Position numbers and translations under genes: made by a program | Assembly: GCF_006345805.1 (NCBI RefSeq) | Contig: NW_021832469.1 | Coordinates: 1-30,590 of the forward strand | DNA: 30,590 nt | Source of the DNA: Octopus sinensis | Taxonomy: Eukaryota | Direction of reading: 5' to 3' | Notes under the pieces: generated by a model | Databases searched by the model: none | Seen by the model: only the letters and a program-made list of their open reading frames with translations | What the model was told of the DNA's origin: nothing | Shown: piece after piece, positions 10,710-22,249 of the stretch | How the letters are laid out: each line of letters starts with the position of its first letter | Position numbering within the stretch: the first letter of the stretch is position 1

Positions 10710-10947
10710 GGCTTCAAAATTTGGCACAAGGCCAGCAAGATCGGGTATGTGTATGTGTGGTGGTGGTGGTGGTGTTGGGTTGAAGCAAATACATCGATCC
10801 CTGTCATCAACTGGTACTTATTTTATCGATCCCGAAAGGATGAAAGGCAATGTTAACCTCGGTGGAATTTGAACTCAGAACGTAAGGACGGACGAAATAC
10901 CGCTAAGCATTTTGACCGGCGAGCTAACGATTCTGCCAGCTGGCCGG
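10710..10947 (-). mobile_element. tRNA-derived SINE (Nin/Deu-like), monomer
   Basis: Minus head CCAGCTGGCAGAATCGTTAGC..GAGTTCAAATTCCACCGAGG, body CCTTTCATCCTTTCGGGATCGATAAAATAAGTACCAGTTG, tail GGCCTTGTGCCAAATTTTGAA. Confidence 0.85.
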
Positions 10948-10950
10948 CTC

Positions 10951-11003
<53 letters not shown>

Positions 11004-11053
11004 TAACAATAACAGAAGCAACAACAACAACAAAAACAACAACAATAATAATA
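10951..11053. repeat. (AAT)/(AAC) microsatellite
   Basis: Direct reading. Confidence 0.95.
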
Positions 11054-11481
11054 AATGCCTGATGCAGTACCAGACAGTGGCTCTCATGGCTTCTGATTTT
11101 AACTGATTGGTATTGTTATCATGGACATTGTTTGGTCTTGGTATAAAAGATGGGCATCATAGCCATGTGTTGAGAGGGATTCTTTTGGGGCTTGAATAAT
11201 TCATCTGGAAACATGGGTGTTTTGTTCCACATCCTTAAACAATCCTTATTCAGGTACCTTTTGAGCGGTATGGGCTACTCGACCAGAAGAAAATTCTAAC
11301 TGGGTCCCACCTGCAAGGTCATGTGCTGTTTATCTTGATATGAAATCACCATGTCGCGTACATATGGTTGTGATGCGTGTGCCTGGTGTACCCTTATCAG
11401 ACGGGTAGTCATGATGGGTATACTGGGCTTCGTATATTTTACCCTAGTGTCACTTTGATGGCATGAACTGCTCTCTCATTC
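11054..11481 (+). mobile_element. interspersed repeat embedded in (AAT)n, possibly the 3' UTR of a TAA-targeting LINE
   Basis: GC-richer non-coding block with (AAT)n on both sides, ending CTCTCTCATTC-AATAATAAT. It resembles a common octopus repeat (memory). Family assignment is inference. Confidence 0.45.
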
Positions 11482-11499
11482 AATAATAATAATAATAAT

Positions 11500-11684
11500 A
11501 ATTTTGGCACAAAACTATCAATTTCAGCGTTGAGGGATAAGTCGCTGGTACTTATTGCATTGATCTCAAAAGATGGATTGTAAAGTCGGCCTCGACAGAA
11601 TTTGAGCTCTGAAAGTGAAGATAGACGAAATGCTGCTAAGCACATTGTCTGGTGTGCTACCACCGATACTGCTAGCTCACCGCC
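11500..11684 (-). mobile_element. degenerate tRNA-derived SINE (Nin/Deu-like)
   Basis: Minus head GGCGGTGAGCTAGCAG..GAGCTCAAATTCTGTCGAGGCCGACTTT..AATAAGTACCAGC. Confidence 0.7.
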
Positions 11685-11869
11685 TTCCAAAGAAAAAAAA
11701 AAGATCCCCAAAAACAACGTTATATTGACATTGTAAATTATATACTAAAATTGTTCTTTTCAATATATTATACATAAATCTTTTTGAAAGAGAACTGATT
11801 GGTTTCGGACGAATGAACATCGTACGCATTTCATAATAAATCAGATTTTTAATACGGATGTTAGCTGCA

Positions 11870-12430
11870 GGTGGTGAGTTGGCAGAATCGTTTGCACGCC
11901 GGGCGAAATGCGTAGCCGTATTTCGTCTGTCGTTACGTTCTGAGTTCAAATTCCGCCGAGGTCGACTTTGCCTTTCATCTTTTCGGTGTCGATTAAATAA
12001 GTACCAGTTACGCACTGGGGTCGATATAATCGACTTAATCCGTTTGTCTGTCCTTGTTTGTCCTCTCTTTGTTTAGCCCCTTGTGGGTAGTAAAGAAATA
12101 GGTATTTCGTCTGCCGTTACGTTCTAAGTTCAAATTCCGCCGAGGTCTACTTTGCCCTTCATCCTTTCGGAGTCGATTAAATAAGTACCAGTTACGCACT
12201 GGGGTCGATGTAATCGACTTAATCCGTTTGTCTGTCCTTGTTTGTCCCCTCTGTGTTTAGCCCCTTGTGGGTAGTAAAGAAATAGGTATTTCGTCCGTCT
12301 TTACTTTCTGAGTTCAAATTCCGTCAAGGTCGACTTTGCTTTTCACCCTTTTAGAGTCGATACAAAAACGTACCAGTTGATCACTGGGGGGGGGGGGATC
12401 AATTTACCTCTTCCCCACCCTCTAAATATG
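11870..12430 (+). mobile_element. SINE trimer (head + three units of about 184 bp)
   Basis: Unit starts at 11917, 12101 and 12285. Units 1 and 2 end with TTTAGCCCCTTGTGGGTAGTAAAGAAATA. Confidence 0.9.
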
Positions 12431-12469
12431 TGTGCATGTATATAAATGTACGTCTGTATATATGTCTTT

Positions 12470-12519
12470 TTATTCTTTTATTTGTTTCAGCCATTAGACT
12501 GTGGCTATGCTGGAGCGCT
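12470..12519 (-). mobile_element. 3' tip of the microsatellite-containing SINE family
   Basis: TTTGTTTCAGCCATTAGACTGTGGCTATGCTGGAGC matches 15417-15452 and the reverse complement of 23955-23990. Confidence 0.65.
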
Positions 12520-12896
12520 GCGCAGGAATCTAGATCCACCTCATCTGTGCAATGGCACCAGACTGGTGGTGAAAGCGATGCAACTCCGTGTCCTATAGGC
12601 CACAATTATGACTTGGAACTATGAGGGTGATGTCTTTATTTCACAGATCCTTTTAATCCCATATGACCCCGCCTCTTTGAATTTAAACGCTTCCAATTAG
12701 TTTCACTAAGTTTCGCTTTGTCAATAAACAAGTTTCAAGGACAGTCTCTCAAGGTTCTTAGACTTAACCTTGCTTCTCTCATGGACAATTATATGTAGGA
12801 TGTTCGCGAGTTGCAAGTCACCAAAATCTTTTCATTTATACATCTATTAAAGGACACACTCTAAACGTCGTATATTTTGAAGCTCTAGATAATTAA
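12518..12896 (+). pseudogene. Helitron Rep/Hel Pif1-like helicase C-terminal remnant
   Basis: Manual translation across stops and frameshifts: LRRNLDPPHLCNGTRLVVKAM..ATIMT..EGDVFI..I.LIP / FEFKRFQ / FSLSFALSINKFQGQSLKV / SHGQLYVGCSRV..NLFIY..NVVYFEAL. These are hallmark Pif1/Helitron helicase motifs and are absent from the ORF track. Confidence 0.9.
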
Positions 12897-13408
12897 AATG
12901 TGATTGCTTTCCATATGTGTTTCAATATATTTGTTTATATTCACGTCATCTGATAGAATTTTTTGTTAAATGTACTTATTAACAGGTGAGGAGCGCTCGC
13001 AGCCCGGTTCTTCTCAAATTTATGTATTTTCAGGTTCAATATGTTTCAAATAAGTACTGACAATTGAAGGTGATTGCAAAGACAAAGAACTACCTGTTTT
13101 TTTTTAAACATTTTTAACAGTGAAAACATCGGATAATACATATTATAGACATTAATAGTTTGTACCTCAGCTAATTACTGTTGAGAACTGCATAATCTAT
13201 GTTTCATTTTATTTAGGTATTTAAAAGGCTTACTTAAATTTCATTATTTTCAATAACCTAGGTAACGCCGGGTTATTAACGTATAAAGTTGGTATCTAGC
13301 TACTAGGAGGTAAGACATGTGTAGTCTACGTTTCATGTTAGAGATCAAAAAGGCATTTTAAAATTTCATTATTTTCTTTATTCCAGACACGGCGGGTATT
13401 TCTGCTAG
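12518..13408 (+). mobile_element. Helitron 3' fragment
   Basis: Helicase remnant at 12518-12896, then a 3' terminus ACACGGCGGGTATTTCTG-CTAG|T at 13408. Confidence 0.85.
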
Positions 13409-13449
13409 TATATATATCTATCTATCTATATATATATATATATATATAA

Positions 13450-13788
13450 GCTGAGACCCCCTTCGGTCATGACTGACCATGGGATTGAACCTAGAAAGTT
13501 ACCCTCTCAGGCACAAGTCCAATCGAGGTTGTTTATGGAAGACCAGCAGTCGCCCATGCATACCAGCCTCCTCTCTCCAAGCCACCAGTGATATCCGACG
13601 GAAAGGCAGAGACCGATCCAGCTTGGCACCAGTGACGTCGACATTCATTTCCACAGCTGAGCGAACTAGAGCAACGTGAAATAAAGTGTCTTGCTCAAGA
13701 ACACAACACGCAGCCCTGTCCGGGATTCGAGCTCACAACCTCACGATCGTAAGCTCGACGCTCTAACCACTGAGCCAACCGCCTTCAC
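13450..13788 (-). mobile_element. full-length tRNA-derived SINE (second family)
   Basis: Minus strand: GTGAAGGCGGTTGGCTCAGTGGTTAGAGCG (A-box), GAGCTCGAATCCCGG (B-box), body TGTGTTCTTGAGCAAGACACTTTATTTCAC, tail ending GACCGAAGGGGGTCTCAGC. Confidence 0.85.
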
Positions 13789-13830
13789 AATAATAATAAT
13801 AATAATAATATATCGAGTGTGATATACAAG

Positions 13831-13872
<42 letters not shown>

Positions 13873-13932
13873 ACACACACATATATATATATATATATGT
13901 ATACTTACATACACACATGTACATACATAAAT

Positions 13933-13964
<32 letters not shown>

Positions 13965-14131
13965 GATACACCCAGGTGGTTGAAAGGTAAGTAGCGACAA
14001 ACAAATAGATACATGCATAAGTGACACTTAAGTAAAGATAATAATAAAAATAAATGCTTATGCAACAGATATATTAAAAAGATTTATAAAAAGCTATATA
14101 TATATACATATATATATGTGTGTGTGTATTA

Positions 14132-14330
14132 CGGAGATGTACTCGCATAGCAAGTGACCTGATCTGAGATCGTGTGCATGAACGAAAACAATTGCAGCGT
14201 GGAAGGTGTTTATAGGCCATTTCAGAAACACACAAAAACCGTTAGATTCACTTCAACATTTAAATTTAATTTGTCAAAGTATTTTCTTCGCTTTGAGACT
14301 TCGATCTGTTCACTGACAAAATTCTGTGCT
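14132..14330 (-). mobile_element. short repeat carrying a variant hammerhead-like motif, copy A (probable Penelope-like terminus)
   Basis: An inverted paralogue lies at 14729-14808 + 15307-15343. Flanked by TA/CA microsatellites. Confidence 0.65.
14270..14320 (-). ncRNA. hammerhead-like motif with G3/C8 core (copy A)
   Basis: Minus: UUUGUCA-GUGAACA-G-AUCGA-AGUCUCAAA-GCGAA-GAAA-AUACU-U-UGACAAA. The 7-bp stem I is intact; stem II is decayed. Confidence 0.5.
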
Positions 14331-14349
14331 ATACACACACACACACACA

Positions 14350-14407
<58 letters not shown>

Positions 14408-14728
14408 AGGAACGCATCAGGATACAAAGTTAAGGAAGTTGTGAAGGGGTACGTAATAAGTATTTATCAAAACAAAAGAGATAAGATAAAAAATTTTGAT
14501 TCGAAATAAATAGCTACAACCACCAAGTTATAATTTACATTTCTTAGAATTGTAGGTTTCTTATAAACACATCTACATATATATATATCCGTACATATTC
14601 GTAAATACATGTTTATACGTAAATTAAGGGTATATAAATGTGTAGAAATAATTAAGGAAAAATTATTGTTTATGGAGGTTTTTTTTTAGTGTATAAAATA
14701 TTAAAGAATAAATAAGTATACTCAGTAT

Positions 14729-14808
14729 TGAATTTTGTCAGTGAACACGTCGCGGTCTCAAAGCGACGAAAATATTTAAATGTTGAAGTGAATCTAGCGA
14801 TTTCGGTA
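14729..14808 (+). mobile_element. inverted copy B of the 14132-14330 element (left part; continues at 15307-15343)
   Basis: Reverse complement of 14235-14323 with an internal deletion; interrupted by the RTE fragment. Confidence 0.75.
14734..14777 (+). ncRNA. hammerhead-like motif with G3/C8 core (copy B)
   Basis: UUUGUCA-GUGAACA-C-GUCGC-GGUCUCAAA-GCGAC-GAAA-AUAUU-U. Stem II is a perfect 5 bp and stem III is the AAUAUU palindrome. The 3' strand of stem I is deleted. Confidence 0.5.
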
Positions 14809-14809
14809 T

Positions 14810-15308
<499 letters not shown>

Positions 15309-15407
15309 ATGGTTTATAAACACCTTCCACGCTGCAATTGTTTATATACTTAAAATATCATAAAATTATATTATTATATTATCATATTAATATTCTTTTA
15401 TTCATTT

Positions 15408-16558
15408 ATTCTTTTACTTGTTTCAGTCATTTCACGGCGGTCATACTGGAGCATCGCCTTAAAGGGTTTTTTAATCGAAGGAATCTACCCCAGAACTTAT
15501 TTTTTTTGCAAGCCTAGTACTTATTCTATCTGTCTATCTGTCTAACCGCTAATTTACGGGGACATAAACACAGCAAACATCGGTTGTCAAGCGATGGTGG
15601 CCGGACAAACACAAAAACGCATACACATACATACATACATACATACATATATACATACATACATACATACATACATACATACATACATACATACAAACAT
15701 ACATACATACATACATACACACATACATACATACATACATATACATACATACGTACATACATATACATACATACATACATACATACATACACACATACAT
15801 ACACACATACATACATACATATATACATACATACATACATACATACATACATACAAACATACATACATACATACACACATACATACATACATACATACAC
15901 ACACATACCTACATACATACATACATACATACATATATACATACATACATACATACATACATACATACATACATACATACACACATACATACATACATGC
16001 ATGCATACATACATACATACATACATACATACACACATACATACATACATGCATGCATACATACATACATACACACATACACACACACATACATACATAC
16101 ATACATACATACATACATACATACATACATACATACATACATACACACATACACACATGCATACATACATACATAGATACATACATACATACATACATAC
16201 ATACACACATACACACACACATGCATACATACATACATACATACATACATACATACATACATACATACATGCATACATACATACATACATACACACATAC
16301 ACACACACATACATACATACATACATACATACATACATACATACATACATACATACATACATACATACATACATACATACATACACACATACATACATAC
16401 ATGCATGCATACATACATACATACATACATACATACACACATACATACATACATGCATGCATACATACATACATACATACACACATACACACACACATAC
16501 ATACATACATACATACATACATACATACATACATACATACATGCAGACATACGTACAT

Positions 16559-16589
<31 letters not shown>

Positions 16590-16737
16590 GACACACACAC
16601 ACACATAACATACATACATACATACATACATACACACACACACATACATACATACATACATACATACATACATACATACACACACACATACATACATACA
16701 TACATACATGTGTGTACATACACACATGCGACGGGTA
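15408..16737 (-). mobile_element. SINE 3' half with a massively expanded internal (TACA)n tract
   Basis: 15408-15620 matches the family tail (TTTCAGTCATT..CGGTCATACTGGAGCATCGCC..AGCCTAGTACTTATTCTATC..AAACATCGGTTGTCAAGCGATGG). CGACGGG at about 16729-16735 matches the left border of the family's internal microsatellite. Confidence 0.75.
15620..16720. repeat. about 1.1 kb (TACA)n microsatellite
   Basis: Direct reading; source of the 277-434 aa HTYI/MYVC pseudo-ORFs. Confidence 0.95.
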
Positions 16738-16757
16738 TACAATTGTGTCTTTTTTAA

Positions 16758-16793
<36 letters not shown>

Positions 16794-16816
16794 ATGTATA
16801 TATATGCATGTGTAGT

Positions 16817-16880
<64 letters not shown>

Positions 16881-17606
16881 ATATTTAATATAACTCGATT
16901 AATACAATTAATACATAAAAATTAAAATATATTAAAATATTTCACTACTGTATATACTCATACTAAACCATCAATATACATATATACATCAAAATACCAA
17001 AGGATGTACACAGACCACATACATATACAGACATATAAATGCAAAACGAAAATATACACGCAATACACGTATACATATGTATACGCAATCTTGCCCGCAT
17101 GCAAAAAATCACTTGGTGTATACATATAGACTAGAAGTAAAACGCAGAGAGGGGGAAGAAAAGGTAAAGATCTTATAAGCAACAGAAAGCTAAAGACGTG
17201 AGTAGATAAGGGAAGGGGAGAGGGCGTAAAGTTACAAGTAACGAATAGGGAGAGGAAAATAAGAAAGAAAGGAAGAAAAAAAGAAGTCTGACTATGCGTA
17301 ACGAACGTTCACAAAATAAAATTACCTATACATGTGTATATAAAAGTGTATATTAGCAGCAAATACACATATAAGAACGCATATATAAATACATAGAGAC
17401 AAGTACGTAAATACACATCCACACTTATCCAATCAAGTTTCTTCTGATTAATATCTAAATATAAAGATTTAATCCAAATGTTATTTTTTCTATTTTAATT
17501 ACTGTTTATCTAAAGAGTTTCCAATTGACCATTCTTTACATTCTATTTAATATGCAAATCTTTGTGACGGAGAATAAGGATTTCCATTTTCCTATTTTAT
17601 TATAAA

Positions 17607-18006
17607 CTAGCAGTATCGCCCGGCGTTGTTCGGGTTTGTAAGGGAAATAACTATATAAGCATTTTTAGAGAGTTATAGCCAAAAATAGCAAAAAATGCAT
17701 TAAAATGGAAAACAATGATGGTAATTTTTTTTTTTAATTGTTGACTTCATCGTAGAATTTTTTAGAGATTTACTTCTTCCCTTATTAATAGCGAAAAAAT
17801 GCATTAAAATGGAAAAAATGATGGTATTTTTTTTTTAAATCGTAGACTCATCGTACGCACGCTAATACCCAGAAGGGCTCGATATGAATCACGACTATAA
17901 GATACCCGTTTTTGGTTAAACTGCACCGCAAAATGTGGGAGTAGTTAGGAATCTAAATCGTAGGAGACAGACACAACAACTTGATTTATATATAAAGATA
18001 TAAAGA
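17607..18006 (-). mobile_element. non-autonomous Helitron
   Basis: On the minus strand it begins A|TCTTTATAT and ends CCCGAACAACGCCGGGCGATACTG-CTAG|T, giving 5' TC, a subterminal hairpin, 3' CTAG and an A|T target. It contains an internal duplication of AAAAATGCATTAAAATGGAAAA..ATGATGGTA. The 5' end may be 17998 or 18006. Confidence 0.8.
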
Positions 18007-18135
18007 TTAAGTCTTGCAAATGGCTTTTCCGGAATGTTCAGTCTTTAATATGCATTTTGACTCACATTCAGCACCAACTATGGATGCATTTGATTGTAAT
18101 ATTAGAATAAGCAGATGTGCTTCAAGCGGAGACAA

Positions 18136-18172
<37 letters not shown>

Positions 18173-18219
18173 TACACACACACACGCGCACACACATACA
18201 CACACATATATATAGTTCA

Positions 18220-18345
18220 AATTTACAGGAAACAAAAGACGAAGACAGGTGAGGGAACAATAAGCGGGGGTGTATTAGTTTAACGCTCGGGAAGAATGGA
18301 AAAGTCTTTGGCGTTTCAAGCATACGCTCTTTGAAAGAAATGATT
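18220..18345 (-). mobile_element. second, diverged copy of the 7505-7645 terminal repeat (hammerhead core decayed)
   Basis: Minus: AAGAGCGTATGCTTGAAACGCCAAAGACTTTTCC..CCCGAGCGTTAAACTAATACA..CACCTGTCTTCGTCTTTTG. Confidence 0.65.
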
Positions 18346-18452
18346 GGGAGAAGAAAATGGAGAGAGAACGAAAAAAAAAAAAAGCGGAGACAGAATAAAA
18401 ATGTGGTAAGGATTAACGATTCCACATGATGATGATGTGATTGATACATCTC

Positions 18453-18569
<117 letters not shown>

Positions 18570-18622
18570 ATATAATTATATATATATATATGTAATATGT
18601 ATGTATATGGTGTAATATACAA

Positions 18623-19641
18623 GAGTTAAGGAATGGAGTAGATAAGACGGGGGCTACATATACTTCATAGTGTGCGGTACCCCAAAAGTACCAAATATCC
18701 AACGTGTACACCACAGGCTACTCGTCAGCCCAAGGGTATCTTGATTAAATGAAGTTTACATTATCATAAGGAGGTACATTTTAACCTATGGAAGATTCGA
18801 TCAGAATATGTAAAGTTCCATCTCAATAAACCACTACTGTCCCTGAAAGTTGTTTTTTTTTTAATATTCACTACGGATTGCTTGAAGCTAACTGCCTTCC
18901 TGCATCTCGAACTTGGATCTATATTATATATCTATATATATCACCCGTTCCTAATCTAGTGAACGCTAACTGTGTAGAAGACACGGACATGGAGAAAATG
19001 AAATCAAACTTGTAGCTTAAGGATATCTCACTTTTCAAAAACAAATTTCAGGGATAACTCTTGTATTCTTATTCGCATATCTAGCAACACTAGTTGTCTA
19101 CTGTGAAATGCAAAAAGGAACAAAACTGAGTACTTGAAACTCTTTATTCGCGCTACAAACCAATTGATTTTACAGATGTTTTGGAAAGCTTTCTTCTCCC
19201 TCTGTATCTCTACTGCTCTACGTTTATATTCTTCATTCATAATGTGCTCTCTACATATTCTGATTGAATTTTCCATGCGTTAACATGTACCTCCTTGCGA
19301 CAATGTAAACCTTCATTTAATCAAGATATCCTTGGTCTGAAGAGTAGCCTGCGGTATACACCTCGCTTGGATATTTACTATTTTCGAGGTTCTGCTCTCT
19401 ATGAAACATATGTAGTCCCGATCTTATCTCCTCCGTTCCTTAACTCATATGTTCTTATCTACATACCCAGCAAACCTGGTCTCCTACTGTGAAATATAAA
19501 AAGTGCTCTTTTGAATTTATTGAACTTGGATACGAAAAATATCCATAACCTTCCGTCTCGACAAATCACTATTGTCCCGGAAAGTTGCTTTTTATACTTA
19601 CTACGGATTTGCTTGAAGCTAACTTTCTTCCTACACCTCGA
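18623..19641. repeat. complex repeat: diverged inverted pair 18623-18812 / 19252-19446 plus direct pair 18832-18909 / 19567-19641
   Basis: Alignment by eye, e.g. GAGTTAAGGAATGGAGTAGATAAGA vs reverse complement GAGTTAAGGAACGGAGGAGATAAGA; CTACGGATTGCTTGAAGCTAACT vs CTACGGATTTGCTTGAAGCTAACT. Confidence 0.8.
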
Positions 19642-19972
19642 TCCCCAGTGCTTTTTTTTTTTGTTTTGTTTTTTTCCAGTCTGGTCTTTATTCTATCGGA
19701 ATCTTTTGCTGAAACGCTTGGTTACGGAGACGAAAACACACTAACGCCGGATGTCAAGCGGTAGTGAGGGATAAATAGAGTCACGTACACACACACACAC
19801 ACACGCGCGCGCGCGGCGCGCACACGCACAAACGAACACACAAATCCACTCACAAGAATTTGGTCGGCCCGAGGCAAGAGTAGAAGACACTTGCCCAAGG
19901 TGCAAAGCGTGGGGACTGAACCCAGAAACCATGTGGTAAGAAACAAGCTTCTTACCACACAGTCATGACTAT
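19640..19972 (-). mobile_element. tRNA-derived SINE with CORE-like segment and internal (CA)/(CG) microsatellite
   Basis: Minus: CTGTGTGGTAAGAAGCTTG..GGGTTCAGTCCC..CACCTTGGGCAAGTGTCTTCTAC..CCTCGGGCCGACCAAA..TTGTGAGTGGATTTG, then microsatellite, then CGCTTGACATCCGGCGTTAGTGTG. Confidence 0.85.
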
Positions 19973-19974
19973 GC

Positions 19975-19994
19975 ATAGATATATATATAGATAT

Positions 19995-20041
<47 letters not shown>

Positions 20042-20362
20042 TTGTATATATATATATATTATATATACATACACATGCACACACGCACTCACATAAATAT
20101 ATACATAATTATATATATATCTACACGTCTATAAAAATATATGCATGGATATATATATATTATATATTATGTATATACATATGCATATTTATTATATATA
20201 TAATAATATAGATATAATATTATATATATTATATATATAACATGATATATATAATGATAGATATATATACATGATATATATGTTATATATATATATATAT
20301 ATATGCACATCAATATATGTAGTTGTTATATACATTGTATACATATATACATGTATATATAT

Positions 20363-20406
<44 letters not shown>

Positions 20407-20420
20407 CATACATGTAAGCC
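19975..20420. repeat. TA-rich compound microsatellite
   Basis: Direct reading. Confidence 0.9.
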
Positions 20421-20974
20421 ATGTGTGTTTATGACATGTATTTGTATGAATGTATAGGTAATATATGAAAGAGATCAAAATGAACGAAAACAAAAGAGAA
20501 GAAAGAAAAAAAACCCAAAGCAATTTCTTTCTTTGAACATTATTTTTATTTTTACGTTTTTTTTTATTTATATATCAATGTCTGCTGTTGTTTTTGATGA
20601 TGATGATGTTTTTTTTGTTTTTTTTTTTAGCAGATTGTTGTAATTTTCACACTCTTTGATCTCGCGGACGTCAAAAGAGTAAGAAAAAATTGGTTACTCA
20701 ATGTTCCAGAACAATTGTTACCACAAGCATAAATTATGAAGTGCTGTCGCAGAATGGTTCAACTTACATGGATCTTGCATGCACCTGCTGGAAATTAATC
20801 GGTGGAGCAAAGTGTTGTCAGAATAGGTGAGACAGCTGATGATAATTGTAAGTGAAGAATGTGTTATTATATTATTATTATTATTATTTGTACTCTACGC
20901 TCCCAGAGCTGTGATTTTCGAATCGGCACAGTAGTGGATGATCAAATATCTTATAGATACACACACACAACAAC

Positions 20975-21012
<38 letters not shown>

Positions 21013-21391
21013 GATATATATATATATATATTAATACATGCTTTCTTATCTATCTAATATTTTATCTAATTCTATATGATCTAATTATTTTAACACATTT
21101 ATCAATTCTCTCCTCTCGTGTATTTCATCACCATCGTGTATTCGCGGTGCACACGCCCTGCCCACCCCACCACCATACCGGATATCTCTATATTTTGCTC
21201 CATCCATACCGGATGTCGCTTCTCCCACACCATAATAGGTGTCTACTTTCGAACCCCCCTCTTCAATACGATATTCACCATGCATTACCCTCTCTTGATA
21301 TCCTACGTTCTACTTGCCTAGAACCTGTCATCATTTCTCTGAAACCACCTCCCCACTGGTGCTCCCATATATTTCTGCCCCCCCCCCACAT

Positions 21392-21632
21392 AAAAGCACC
21401 ATCCGAACGTGGCCGATGCCAGGCCCCTCTGGCACCTGTGCAGGTGGCACGTAAAAAACACCCACTACACTCGCGGAGTGGTTGCGTTAGGAAGGGCATC
21501 CAGCTGTAGAAACTCTGCAGACTAGACTGGACCTGGGGCAGTCCCTAGCTCCCAGACCCCGGTCGAAACCGTCCAACCCGTGCTAGCGCGGAAAACGGAC
21601 GTTAAACGATGATGATGATGATTGATGATGAT
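21392..21632 (+). mobile_element. RTE-related non-autonomous retroposon / SINE 3' portion with (GAT)n tail
   Basis: GCGTTAGGAAGGGCATCCAGCTGTAGAAA and CCGTCCAACCCGTGCTAGCGCGGAAAACGGACGTTAAAC-GATGATGAT resemble RTE-derived bipartite short elements (recognition from memory). Confidence 0.7.
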
Positions 21633-21677
21633 ATATATATATATATACGCATCTATCTCTTCCTCTCTCTCTCTCTG

Positions 21678-21709
<32 letters not shown>

Positions 21710-21721
21710 TATATATAGAAA

Positions 21722-21758
<37 letters not shown>

Positions 21759-22109
21759 CATATACATACACACACACACACATATGGCCTTCTCGCTTAG
21801 CCAGCGGGGTGGTGTCATTTGAAGGCTAAAACAATGCGAAGCGCTTCGTGACCAGCGATGTGTAACGGTCGCGTGATCACGGTGATATATATATATTATG
21901 TATATATTAGAGGTTAAAATAAGCCTCGTTAAGGTGTAAAATATCTAATGAATTACTGGTTCATTGCCTAATAGTTTTTTGTGAATAGTAATATTCATAA
22001 AATAATAAATCTAAATATAAATCATGGTTTATAAATATTCAGAAGAATATTTAGAAAATGGCGATGTAGCATCAATACAATTTGTTAACTGCAAAAAAAT
22101 CATATCTGC

Positions 22110-22200
22110 AATAGCCCTGGACCGAACAAAACCTTGCAAGCGGATTTTGTAGACGGAAACTGAAAGAAGCTCGTCGTATATATGCGTGCCTGTGTGTGTG
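22110..22200 (+). mobile_element. SINE internal fragment (family of 19640-19972)
   Basis: ATAGCCCTGGACCGAACAAAACCTTGCAAGCGGATTTTGTAGACGGAAACTGAAAGAAGCTCGTCGTATATATG followed by (TG)n. Confidence 0.75.
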
Positions 22201-22249
22201 TGAAGGACTTTCCTGTCGAAGATGACGCATAAGCCTTTAGCTGTTGTCG

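Noticed and set aside
11917-12430. Regularly spaced direct repeats as a CRISPR-like array
   Set aside because: The context is eukaryotic, and the units are whole 184-bp SINE copies without unique spacers.
12470-12600. Apparent strong splice acceptor TTTGTTTCAG followed by an open frame
   Set aside because: The acceptor-like text is the minus-strand 3' tip of a SINE, and the open frame is Helitron helicase.
13450-13788. tRNA-like heads (also in the other SINEs) as tRNA genes
   Set aside because: They retain A/B boxes but no complete cloverleaf, and they continue into SINE bodies.
15526-16888. Long ORFs of 277-434 aa (HTYI / MYVC repeats)
   Set aside because: They are translations of (TACA)n, which lacks stop codons in most frames; there is no non-repetitive coding content.
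17287-17322. CTGACTA..GAACGTTC as another hammerhead
   Set aside because: G8 and one GAAA adenine are missing, there is no convincing stem II, and there is no second copy in the window.
20859-21509. 216-aa ORF and overlapping short ORFs in a moderately GC-rich patch
   Set aside because: It spans microsatellites and a retroposon fragment, with no recognisable domain; 21085-21390 remains unclassified.
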